A DNA stretch of 62,855 bases from assembly GCA_041676665.1 (NCBI GenBank), contig JBAYRM010000001.1, positions 1 to 62,855 on the forward strand, in the 5' to 3' direction. Below the pieces are notes generated by a model that saw only the letters and a program-made list of their open reading frames with translations, ran no database searches and had not been told where the DNA came from. Each line of letters opens with the position of its first letter. Within the stretch, counting starts at the first letter, position 1. A program made the translations under genes and the position numbers. This stretch comes from Trueperaceae bacterium (GTDB lineage Bacteria > Deinococcota > Deinococci > Deinococcales > Trueperaceae). Positions 1 through 10,534 of the stretch are shown piece after piece.

Positions 1-19
1 GCCTGGCGGCAACGCCGCC

Positions 20-976
20 GTGGCGGGCCAGACGGGGCCCCTGGATCCGCTCGCCACGGCCGAAGGGCGGGGACTGGCGGCGTCGCCAGACGGCGTGGGC
101 GCAGGCACCGGCGCCCCAGCGCAACCGCGGCGCCCGCCGCTGGCAACGCGGCGCGACCAGCCGCTGGCCGTGCTGGTCGACAACGTGGGCGGCTACCCGC
201 AGCACGGACTGCGCGAGGCCAGCATGATCGTCGAGATGCCGGTGGAAGGCGGACTCACTCGCCTCATGCCCATCTACGACCGCACCGACCCCGTGCGCGT
301 GGGCCCCGTACGCAGCGCGCGCGACTACTTCGTGCAGCTCGCGCAGCGCAGCAACGCTGTGCTGGTGCACGACGGCGGCTCGCCCGGCGCCATGATTGCC
401 ATCAGCGCGGCCGAAGTGCCGACCCTCAACGCCTACACCAGCGGCCAGCTCTTCGCGCGGGCCAACGACCGCAGCGCGCCTTACAACCTGTACAGCGTGG
501 GCACCGACCTGCGCACCGCCGTCAGCCGCCTGCTGCCCGGTGCAGACCGCATCGTGACCAGCCAGGTGCACGCACCCGCGCTGGACGCCGAAACGGTGAC
601 CGAAGTCCAGGTGCGCTACAGCGGCGCCTACACGTCGGGCTTCAGGTACGACGAACGCCTCGGCGCCTACCGCTGGATCCGCGATGGCGAGCCCGCCGTG
701 CACCCAGACGACCAGATCGTGCTCATGGACGCCGTGCTGGTCGGTCACGTGACCGCCGTGACCATCCCAGGTGACACCGCTGGCCGCCTGTACATCCCGC
801 TTGAGGGCGGAGCTGCGACGCTCTACCTCGAGGGAGTAGCCGAGCGCGGCACCTGGGAGCTGGCCGACGGGGTGGGCCTCAGGTTCCGCACCAGCGCGGG
901 CGACCTGGTCGACCTGGCGCCGTTCCGCACCTGGGCGCTGCTCACGCCCACCTACGACTCACGAACCGAGAACTGA
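20..976 (+). CDS. DUF3048 (YerB-like) domain protein; the frame stays open back to position 2, so the true 5' end may lie outside the window
   Basis: 318-aa ORF. Blocks PLAVLVDN, EGGLTRLMPIY, GPVRSARDYF and VHDGGSPGA are typical of DUF3048. No stop between window start and position 20 in this frame. Confidence 0.8.
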   Translation: MAGQTGPLDPLATAEGRGLAASPDGVGAGTGAPAQPRRPPLATRRDQPLAVLVDNVGGYPQHGLREASMIVEMPVEGGLTRLMPIYDRTDPVRVGPVRSARDYFVQLAQRSNAVLVHDGGSPGAMIAISAAEVPTLNAYTSGQLFARANDRSAPYNLYSVGTDLRTAVSRLLPGADRIVTSQVHAPALDAETVTEVQVRYSGAYTSGFRYDERLGAYRWIRDGEPAVHPDDQIVLMDAVLVGHVTAVTIPGDTAGRLYIPLEGGAATLYLEGVAERGTWELADGVGLRFRTSAGDLVDLAPFRTWALLTPTYDSRTEN

Positions 977-999
977 ACGCGCCAGGGGGGCGCAGAGCC

Positions 1000-1779
1000 T
1001 CAACCCTTGGGCATTATCTCGTCGAAGAAGTTGCCGTGCATCTTCAGGCGGTAGCTGTCGGCCCTTAGCTCGACCTCGAGCCACGCGTACTCGCCCAGGT
1101 GGCCGTTCGTGTCGAGCAGCAACGCGCGGCCCTGCGAGGCCACGTTAACGCCGCCGCGTACGGGCGTGTGGCCGTACACGCCGAGCCTGTACGGGGTGCC
1201 CTCGAAGAAGTCGCGATCCTCCTGCAGCCAGCGGCGCCGGTTCTCCAGGTAGAACGACTGGTCGAACGTGTTGTGCTCCTTAAGCGGGCCCACGTGAGCC
1301 AGGTGCAGCTCGTCGATCGCCAGCTCGTAAGGCCAGGTGAGGATCCATTCGCGCAGGTCGTCGTCGAGCTCGTTGCCGTAGCCAGGCTTCCACTCGAGGT
1401 GCGAGACGTCGTCGGTGCGCAGCGGACCCTGGTCGGGTGACACGGCGTTGAAGTCGTGGTTACCCATGAGGATGGTCATGTTCTCGCCAGGCACACGGTC
1501 AGCGAACGCCTTGACCTCACGCAAGAAGCGCGTCTGGGCTATCTCGGCGCGCTCCAGGTGCCGCGGGTTGTACTCGTCGTAGCGGCGCACGTTTATCAGG
1601 TCGGCGTAACGCTGGCGGCTCTTGGGGTGCACCAGGTCACCGAGTAACACCAGCCTGGTGGTGTCGTCACGCAGCGCGTTGGTGGGGCGGTTCTGTTCGT
1701 CGGCCAGGCCAGCCTCTTGCAGCATGCGCCACAGTTTCTCGGCCTGAACGTGAATGTCGCCGATGACGACGAGACGCAA
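1000..1779 (-). CDS. calcineurin-like metallophosphoesterase
   Basis: 259 aa. Signature blocks VIGDIH, LLGDLVH, GNHDFN and GHTP appear in canonical order. Confidence 0.85.
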   Translation of the reverse strand: MRLVVIGDIHVQAEKLWRMLQEAGLADEQNRPTNALRDDTTRLVLLGDLVHPKSRQRYADLINVRRYDEYNPRHLERAEIAQTRFLREVKAFADRVPGENMTILMGNHDFNAVSPDQGPLRTDDVSHLEWKPGYGNELDDDLREWILTWPYELAIDELHLAHVGPLKEHNTFDQSFYLENRRRWLQEDRDFFEGTPYRLGVYGHTPVRGGVNVASQGRALLLDTNGHLGEYAWLEVELRADSYRLKMHGNFFDEIMPKG

Positions 1780-1806
1780 GGGTTGCTCCAGCTCTGCGGC
1801 TCCGGC

Positions 1807-2979
1807 TCAGCGGACGGCCGTCGTCTCCAGTATGGGGAGAGGGTCAACAGGATCGCCGTCCACGCGCACCTCGAAGTGAAGGTGGGGGCCCGTGGAGTTG
1901 CCGGTGCTGCCAACACGCGCTAACAGTTGACCGACCTGCACCGCTGTGCCCTCGTCCACCAGAAGCTCGGACGCGTGCGCGTAGTAGTAGTCGGTGTTGC
2001 CGTTCGTAACAATCACGAGGTAACCGTAGCCGCCCCGCCATCCTGAGTGAGTGACCGTGCCCGACACCGCGGCCACGATGGGGTCGCCGGTGTCGCCATC
2101 GATGTCGAGGCCAGTGTGGAAGTTAGAACCGCTGACCCTGAGCTGCCGGTAACCGAACCGCGAGGTGATAACACCGACCAGCGGCCACACCATTGGAGCG
2201 CCGGCGGCGTCGGACAGGATGGGCGTCGGTACGGCCGCGCGGGTGGCCTTGACCTCGGCGCCCGGCACGATGCGCAGGCGCTGACCCACTTGCAGGCGGT
2301 CAGAGGTGAGGCTGTTGGCGCTCATGATGGCCGAAACGTTGCTGTCGTAACGCAGCGCGATGCCCCACAGGGTGTCGTTAGCTGCCACCACCACTTCGAC
2401 CGGCGCGGGACCGCCGACGTCGACGTCGCTGGCCGCGTAACGCCCGGGGATCACCAGGCGGTCGCCGACCCTGAGGGTGGCGTCGCGGTCGATGCCGTTG
2501 GCCAGGGCGATTTCGTCGATGGTGGCGTCGTAGCGGCGGGAGAGTACCCACAGGGAATCGCCCACCCCCAACACTACCTCAAGGGGTTCAGGGGCGGTCT
2601 CGCCCGGCGCCAGCACCAGCTCCTGGCCGGGATGGATGAGCGTGCCGTCGAGGTCGTTATAAGCGATGAGCGACTCGACCGTTACTCCGTGGCGCAACGC
2701 GATCTCGTAAAGGGTATCGCCGGGGCGCACGGTCACGGTGGCGGGCTCCGCGCTGGCTTCGGCGTCGCCGCCGGGCAGTATGAGCGTCTGACCCACCTTT
2801 AGCAGGTCGGAAGTGAGGCCGTTCAGTTGGCGCAGCGTCTCTACGTCGGTGCCGTGTTTCTGAGCCAGACCCCACAACGATTCGCCTTGCTGCACGGTGA
2901 TCGTCTTGGCGAACGCCCCTGCACAGAGGCACAAGACGAGGGTTCCGGTGAGGGCGCGTAGTAGGGCTGGAAAGGGCAT
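1807..2979 (-). CDS. secreted LysM-repeat M23 family peptidoglycan endopeptidase
   Basis: Signal peptide MPFPALLRALTGTLVLCLCAGAFA. Four LysM-like repeats (QQGESLWGLAQKHG, RPGDTLYEIALRHG, GVGDSLWVLSRRYD, AANDTLWGIALRYD). M23 motifs HTGLDI and GSTGNSTGPHLHFEV. The ORF track starts at TTG 2988; ATG 2979 is preferred. Confidence 0.9.
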   Translation of the reverse strand: MPFPALLRALTGTLVLCLCAGAFAKTITVQQGESLWGLAQKHGTDVETLRQLNGLTSDLLKVGQTLILPGGDAEASAEPATVTVRPGDTLYEIALRHGVTVESLIAYNDLDGTLIHPGQELVLAPGETAPEPLEVVLGVGDSLWVLSRRYDATIDEIALANGIDRDATLRVGDRLVIPGRYAASDVDVGGPAPVEVVVAANDTLWGIALRYDSNVSAIMSANSLTSDRLQVGQRLRIVPGAEVKATRAAVPTPILSDAAGAPMVWPLVGVITSRFGYRQLRVSGSNFHTGLDIDGDTGDPIVAAVSGTVTHSGWRGGYGYLVIVTNGNTDYYYAHASELLVDEGTAVQVGQLLARVGSTGNSTGPHLHFEVRVDGDPVDPLPILETTAVR

Positions 2980-2987
2980 CGCTAGCA

Positions 2988-2993
2988 AATGTA
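2988..2993 (-). promoter_or_regulatory. -10-like hexamer TACATT, 8 nt upstream of ATG 2979 (possible leaderless transcript)
   Basis: Minus strand reads TACATT-tgctagcg-ATG with no Shine-Dalgarno sequence in between. Confidence 0.35.
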
Positions 2994-3093
2994 CCAGAGA
3001 TGCGTCTACCGCGAACAGGAAAAAACTGGCATCTGGACCGCCGCGAAATACAACGGCGGACAGATCACCAGTTAGCGAAGCGAGCGGCGGCTG

Positions 3094-3270
3094 TTAGTCG
3101 CGCGGGTCGAGCACCATCTCCCGGGCCAGTCGGCCCCCGAGTTCTATCTGGATGAAGCAGAACAGCTCGGTGTCGATAGCCGTAGAAGTGCCGTGCAGGA
3201 GCTTCTGTTCGAGTCTGGCCGCTTCGACAATCAGTAGCGGGGTCGGTAGGGCAGTTAGTTTGTCTAGCAT
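3094..3270 (-). CDS. hypothetical small protein (58 aa), absent from the supplied ORF track because it is below 60 aa
   Basis: ATG 3270 to TAA 3094 encodes MLDKLTALPTPLLIVEAARLEQKLLHGTSTAIDTELFCFIQIELGGRLAREMVLDPRD. GGGAG lies at 3278-3282, 7 nt upstream. Codon third positions are less GC-biased than in neighbouring genes, so coding status is uncertain. Confidence 0.3.
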   Translation of the reverse strand: MLDKLTALPTPLLIVEAARLEQKLLHGTSTAIDTELFCFIQIELGGRLAREMVLDPRD

Positions 3271-3419
3271 CCGCGCACTCCCTAAGAGATCGCCGGTGCG
3301 CCTGGGGCTCGAGCCTGCAGCCGGGCGCGCTTAGCGGCTAGTAGGCGCCGCCGTTCCGTGTCGTTGCCGGAAGTTAGCAACTCGCCTCTTACGGGAATCT
3401 CACCCGTGCAGGAGCGCTT

Positions 3420-4175
3420 TCAGCCCGCCGTGACGCGCGTGCCGCCGCCGGCCAGGGCGCGCGCAACGCCCTCGGGGTCGCGGCCGTCGGCCACCACCGC
3501 GAACGGCGCGCCGTGATCAAGCGCGGCGAGGGCGGCCTCCACCTTGGGGATCATGCCGCCAGCGATTCGGCCGTCGGCCAGCCTCTCCAGCGCCTCGCTG
3601 CGGGTCAGCTCGCTGATCAGGCTGTGCGGTCGATCGGGGTGCTCCAGCACGCCGGGGACATTGGTGAGGAACACCACGCCCTCAGAAAGCGCGCCCGCCA
3701 CGGCGCCAGCCACCTCGTCTGCGTTGACGTTGAGGAGGCCGCCGTCCTCACCTACGGCGAGGCACGCCACGACCGGCACCAGACCCGCCGCCCGCAATGC
3801 GCCAATGACGTGCGGCTCGACGCGCGTCATGCGGCCCACCCGCCCTAGCCCCGCGCGCTGCGCTGCGTGCAGCAGCCCGGCGTCGCGGCCCGTTAGCCCG
3901 ACGGCGGGACCTATCTCCTGAGCCAGCTGCTTGCCCAGCAGGGTGAGCACGCTCTCGATGACATCGAGGCTTTCCTCGGTCGTGACCCGCAGGCCGCGCT
4001 CGAAGCGGTGCTCTAACCCGGCGGCGTCCAGCGCGGCTTGGATGAAAGGCCCTCCGCCGTGTACGACCACGGGCGGCTCGCCCCCAGCAGTAGCGTCGTA
4101 AAGCGCCGCGGCTGCCCGCTGCCGCGTTGCTGCGTCCGTCATGGCGTTGCCGCCGTACTTGATGACCATGCTCAC
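3420..4175 (-). CDS. argB: acetylglutamate kinase (amino-acid kinase family)
   Basis: 251 aa. VIKYGGNAM and VVVHGGGPFI motifs, LLNVNAD and TNVPGV blocks. Confidence 0.85.
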   Translation of the reverse strand: MSMVIKYGGNAMTDAATRQRAAAALYDATAGGEPPVVVHGGGPFIQAALDAAGLEHRFERGLRVTTEESLDVIESVLTLLGKQLAQEIGPAVGLTGRDAGLLHAAQRAGLGRVGRMTRVEPHVIGALRAAGLVPVVACLAVGEDGGLLNVNADEVAGAVAGALSEGVVFLTNVPGVLEHPDRPHSLISELTRSEALERLADGRIAGGMIPKVEAALAALDHGAPFAVVADGRDPEGVARALAGGGTRVTAG

Positions 4176-4181
4176 GGGACT

Positions 4182-4187
4182 AGTCTA
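4182..4187 (-). promoter_or_regulatory. -10-like hexamer TAGACT, 6 nt upstream of the argB GTG
   Basis: Minus strand reads TAGACT-agtccc-GTG with no SD. Confidence 0.35.
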
Positions 4188-4271
4188 TGTAAACCGCGCT
4201 AGCGCGGGGGCGGTTACGCTTGGGTTCACTTGCGTCAACCGTAGGCTCTCGCGGAGGGGACGATAAAAAGC

Positions 4272-5717
4272 ATGGCGAACGAAACGAACGGGGCCCGCTC
4301 CGGCCCGGACGAACTCGTGTTCGGCACGGACGGCTGGCGCGACGTGATAGCCGAGCGCTTCACCTTCGCGAACGTGGCGCGCGCGGCGCAGGCGTACGCC
4401 AATACCCTGAACGCCGCCGGCGGGCGCACCGTGGTGGTCGGGCACGACACGCGCTTCCTGGGCGAGCGTTTCGCGCGGCGCGTGGCCGAGGTGCTGGCGG
4501 CTAACGGCCTCAACGTGCACCTCTCGCAGGGGTACCTGCCAACACCGGCGCTGTCGTTCGCAGTGCGGCACCTGGGCGCCGACGGCGGCGTCATGCTGAC
4601 CGCGTCGCATAACCCCTCCATCTGGAACGGCTTCAAACTGAAGGGCGCCTACGGCGGCTCGGCCAGCGACGCCACCTACCGTAGCGTCGCTCTGGCCACC
4701 CAGCAGGTTGACCACGCCGACGTGGCGCAGTCAGGGTCGGCGCGGCGCGGCATAGAGAGCCTGGACATCAGCCACGACTATTACGCAGCGCTCGCTGCGC
4801 TGGTGAACGTCGAAGCGCTTGGGCGCTTCAGTGCGCCCATCTTGCACGACGCCATGGGCGGCGCCGCGGCCGGCTGGCTGGCGGGCTTCTTCCGCTACGT
4901 GGGACTGCCCGACGCCGTGGTGGAGATGCGCGGCCGGCCCGACCCCATGTTCTACGGCGTGCACCCGGAACCTATCGCGCTGAACCTGGCGGCCACCGCT
5001 GAGCGCATGACGGCCCAGGCGGGCACCCCGCAGTTCGCCGTAGCCACCGACGGTGACGGCGACCGGCTCGGGGTGGTGCTGCCGGGCGGCGCGTTCTTCA
5101 ACTCGCACCAGATCTTCGCGGTGCTTATAGATCAGCTGCAGCGTGCAGGCGGGCGCGGCGCGGTGGTGAAGACGTTCACCGTCAGCCGCGTGGTCGAGCG
5201 CCTGGCTGCCAGTCGCGCTCTGCCCGTGCTCGAGACGAAAGTTGGGTTCAAGTACGTGGCAGACGCCATGCTGGCCGGCGACGTGATGATTGGGGGCGAG
5301 GAGTCTGGCGGCATCGGCGTCAGCGCGCACCTGCCCGAGCGCGACGCCCTGGCGAACGCGCTGCTCCTCATGCAGGCGGTGGCCGAGAGCGGCGAGAGCC
5401 TGACGCAGCGCTTCGCCCAGATCGAGCGCGAGACCGATTGGCGCCACGCTTACGACCGTCTCGACCTGACCCTCACGTCGAACGAGCAGAAGGAGCGCGC
5501 CCTGGCCGCGGCGGGGGAGGCCGCTCAGCTAGCCGGGCGCCAGGTGACCAGCGTGGAGCGCCTCGACGGCGTGAAGCTGAACCTAGAAGGCAACGCCTGG
5601 CTGCTGGTGAGACCCAGCGGTACGGAGCCGCTGCTGCGGATCTACTGCGAGGCGCCGGACGAGGCGGCGGTGGCCGCCATCCTGGCAGCCGCCAGGCGGC
5701 TGGCCACAGGGGAGTAA
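4272..5717 (+). CDS. phosphoglucomutase/phosphomannomutase family protein
   Basis: 481 aa. FGTDGWRD, phosphoserine loop TASHNPSIWNGFK, metal loop ATDGDGDR, GEESGG. SD GGAGGGG upstream. Confidence 0.9.
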   Translation: MANETNGARSGPDELVFGTDGWRDVIAERFTFANVARAAQAYANTLNAAGGRTVVVGHDTRFLGERFARRVAEVLAANGLNVHLSQGYLPTPALSFAVRHLGADGGVMLTASHNPSIWNGFKLKGAYGGSASDATYRSVALATQQVDHADVAQSGSARRGIESLDISHDYYAALAALVNVEALGRFSAPILHDAMGGAAAGWLAGFFRYVGLPDAVVEMRGRPDPMFYGVHPEPIALNLAATAERMTAQAGTPQFAVATDGDGDRLGVVLPGGAFFNSHQIFAVLIDQLQRAGGRGAVVKTFTVSRVVERLAASRALPVLETKVGFKYVADAMLAGDVMIGGEESGGIGVSAHLPERDALANALLLMQAVAESGESLTQRFAQIERETDWRHAYDRLDLTLTSNEQKERALAAAGEAAQLAGRQVTSVERLDGVKLNLEGNAWLLVRPSGTEPLLRIYCEAPDEAAVAAILAAARRLATGE

Positions 5718-5763
5718 CGCCGGGGTCCTAGCCGCTGGCGCCCGCCGCTTCGAGGCAGGGGCG

Positions 5764-6834
5764 TTAGAGCGAGCGAAACTCCTTCGGGCTGTGCGACAAC
5801 ACCTCGTGGCCGTCCGCGGTCACGACCGCCAGGTCCTCGATCCTCAGGCCGGTGAAGCCCGGGAAGTAGACGCCTGGCTCCACGGTCACAACCATGCCGG
5901 GTCGCAAGACGTCCTCGCTGCGGCTGGAGAGGCGCGGCCCCTCGTGAATGACGAGACCGGTGCCGTGGCCCAGGCTGTGACTGAACTGCTCCGCCATGCC
6001 GTGGCTGGCGAGGATGTCGCGCGCCACCTTGTCGACCTCGCGACCGGACTTGCCGGGCCCAACGGCGGCCAGCGCGGCCTTCTGAGCCTCAAGCACGGCG
6101 TCGAACAGGCGCCGCTCTTCGGCGCCGACAGCGCCGATGGCCACCGTGCGGGTCATGTCGGCGTGGTAACCGTTGACCACCGCGCCGAAGTCAAGCGTCA
6201 CCAGGTCGCCCGCCTCCAGCTTCTTCTGCGAGGCCGTACCGTGCGGCATGGCGCCCCGCACGCCGCTGGCCACGATGATCTCGAAGGCGCTGCCGTCGGC
6301 TCCGGCTAAGCGCATGGAGCGCTCGAGTTCCAGCGCCACCTCGACCTCGGTCACGCCGGGCCGCATCATGGCCACAGCTGCTTCGAACGCCAGGTCCGTG
6401 ATGCGGGCGGCTTCACGCAGCTGACTTATCTCGCTCTCGCTCTTAACGAGCCGCAGAGGCGTGAACAGGCCCTCGGTGACCACCGGGTCGTAACCCAGGC
6501 GGCCGGCCAGCGCCTTGTACTGGCTGAGGTTCATGGCGTCGCCTTCGACCGCTAGCCTGGCGCCGCCAGCGCGCTCGGCGGCGGCTTCGTGCAGGCCCGC
6601 GACTATCTCGAACGGCAAAGCGGACTGCTCCTGCGCCTGAGCGGTGTAGCGCCCGTCGGTGAGGAGCAGCGCGTCTGCCTGCCGCACCAGCACCACCGCG
6701 TCTTCCGGTGTGCCGAAGTCGGACACGTAGCGCACGTTAGCGGGGGTGGTCACCAGCAGCGCTTCGGCGCCGGTGGCCGCCAGGGCATCGCGCAGGCGCC
6801 CGAGGCGCTCGGCCACCACGTTGGCGGCGCTCAC
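5764..6834 (-). CDS. M24 family Xaa-Pro peptidase
   Basis: 356 aa. Metal-ligand blocks DFGAVVNGYHADMTRT, HSLGHGTGLVIHEGP, VEPGVY, RIED. The start overlaps the tpiA stop by 4 nt. Confidence 0.9.
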   Translation of the reverse strand: MSAANVVAERLGRLRDALAATGAEALLVTTPANVRYVSDFGTPEDAVVLVRQADALLLTDGRYTAQAQEQSALPFEIVAGLHEAAAERAGGARLAVEGDAMNLSQYKALAGRLGYDPVVTEGLFTPLRLVKSESEISQLREAARITDLAFEAAVAMMRPGVTEVEVALELERSMRLAGADGSAFEIIVASGVRGAMPHGTASQKKLEAGDLVTLDFGAVVNGYHADMTRTVAIGAVGAEERRLFDAVLEAQKAALAAVGPGKSGREVDKVARDILASHGMAEQFSHSLGHGTGLVIHEGPRLSSRSEDVLRPGMVVTVEPGVYFPGFTGLRIEDLAVVTADGHEVLSHSPKEFRSL

Positions 6835-7613
6835 GCTGCCGCCGTGGCGCTCTCGATGGCCAGCAGGTCCGCCACCTCGAGGCTGGCGCCGCCGATCAGG
6901 CCGCCGTTCACGTCGGGCTTGGCTAACAGCTCCGCCGCGTTGCCGGGCTTCATGCTGCCGCCGTACAGCACGCGCACGCTACTGGCGTGCTCGGGCAGGT
7001 GGCTCTTCAGAGCCTGCCGGATGGCGTGGCTCATCTCCTGAGCGTCCTCGGCGGTGGCGGTCAGGCCGGTGCCGATGGCCCACACGGGCTCGTACGCTAC
7101 GACCAGGGCGTCGGCGGTGGGCGGCTTCACGCCGGCCAGCGAGCCCGCCAGCTGCGCGAGCACCACCTCGGTGGCGCGGCCCGCGTCGCGTTCCTCGCGG
7201 TTCTCGCCTACGCACACTATGGGGGTCAGGCCGTGCGCCAGCGCCTGGCGCGCCTTGGCGGCCACGGTAGCGTCGTCCTCAGCGTGGTACTGGCGGCGCT
7301 CCGAGTGCCCAACTATGACGTACCGCACGCCCAGGTCGGCCAGCATGGCGGCCGCTACTTCGCCGGTGTAGGCGCCAGCCTCGTGCGCGCTGACGTCCTG
7401 CGCACCCAAGCTGACCGGCCAGCCGAAAGCGGCCTCGGCCATGCCCGGTAAGTGTGTGAACGGAACGCATAACAGCAGCTCGCTGCGGTCAGCTTGCTGC
7501 GGTAGCGCGTCGAGTTCGTTGAGCAGCCCCTGCAGCCACGAAACGCTTTCGCTGGGGAGGCGGTTCATCTTCCAGTTGCCGGCTATTAGCGGCTTGATAG
7601 CGTTGGTTCCCAT
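6831..7613 (-). CDS. tpiA: triose-phosphate isomerase
   Basis: IAGNWKMN, VGHSERR, AYEPVWAIGTG, GGASL. Confidence 0.95.
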   Translation of the reverse strand: MGTNAIKPLIAGNWKMNRLPSESVSWLQGLLNELDALPQQADRSELLLCVPFTHLPGMAEAAFGWPVSLGAQDVSAHEAGAYTGEVAAAMLADLGVRYVIVGHSERRQYHAEDDATVAAKARQALAHGLTPIVCVGENREERDAGRATEVVLAQLAGSLAGVKPPTADALVVAYEPVWAIGTGLTATAEDAQEMSHAIRQALKSHLPEHASSVRVLYGGSMKPGNAAELLAKPDVNGGLIGGASLEVADLLAIESATAAA

Positions 7614-7670
7614 GGCCCCAAGATACCGCGAGGGTGCAGCCGGACAGTAACCGGCGGCAAGGTAACGAAA

Positions 7671-7702
7671 CCGCCGGCACGCTTGAAGCAGCGTGCCGGC
7701 GG
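7671..7702 (-). terminator. intrinsic terminator candidate downstream of lon
   Basis: Perfect 13-bp stem (ccgccggcacgct / agcgtgccggcgg) with a 6-nt loop. On the minus strand it is followed by TTTCGTT. It lies about 30 nt after the lon stop. Confidence 0.6.
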
Positions 7703-7733
7703 CTGGTTGGCTGAAAGGCTCGGGCTCAGGTGT

Positions 7734-10217
<2,484 letters not shown>

Positions 10218-10380
10218 GGGACACTCCTAAGCCCGACTGGGGGCGATTGAGGGGCGGAACTGGCCGCGGGGCGCACGCTGACAGCGTAGCCGACCGCGGG
10301 CCATAACGGCGTGGTAGTGGGCCGGCTACTACCTGGCGTTGAGCGTAAGGGTGCTACGCGGAGAGGTGCGGATGCGGGAA

Positions 10381-10401
10381 CTTGAGCCGACATTGCTCAA
10401 G
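10381..10401. promoter_or_regulatory. HAIR-like (HspR-associated inverted repeat) operator in the lon/argS divergent region
   Basis: Perfect palindrome CTTGAGC-N7-GCTCAAG, against the published HAIR consensus CTTGAGT-N7-ACTCAAG. It sits 164 nt upstream of the lon start. Confidence 0.55.
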
Positions 10402-10520
10402 TTTACTAGGTGCAATGAGCGCAGCATGGCTCCTGGGGCACCAAGCGGGGGAGCTACAAGGCCTAAGCGTAGCGGTGATTGTAACCGACGACGGCCGCCG
10501 GGCAAGGTGTTCCGGTGTGG

Positions 10521-10526
10521 TAGCGT
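10521..10526 (+). promoter_or_regulatory. -10-like hexamer TAGCGT (preceded by TGg), 8 nt upstream of the argS ATG
   Basis: Sequence reads TGGTAGCGT-tctccgtc-ATG with no SD before argS. Confidence 0.3.
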
Positions 10527-10534
10527 TCTCCGTC

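Noticed and set aside
3152-3334. 60-aa plus-strand ORF in the argB/M23 gap
   Set aside because: It has no SD and a Ser/Arg/Ala-rich composition, and it runs antisense to a better-supported 58-codon ORF with an SD. Neither is proven, but this one has the weaker support.
10402-10534. Possible T-box or other riboswitch leader upstream of argS
   Set aside because: I could not find the conserved T-box sequence (GGGUGGNACCGCG) or an orderly Stem I/specifier architecture. A -10-like box sits 8 nt from the ATG, suggesting argS is leaderless. The prominent palindrome is better explained as a HAIR operator for lon. Rfam cmscan would settle it.
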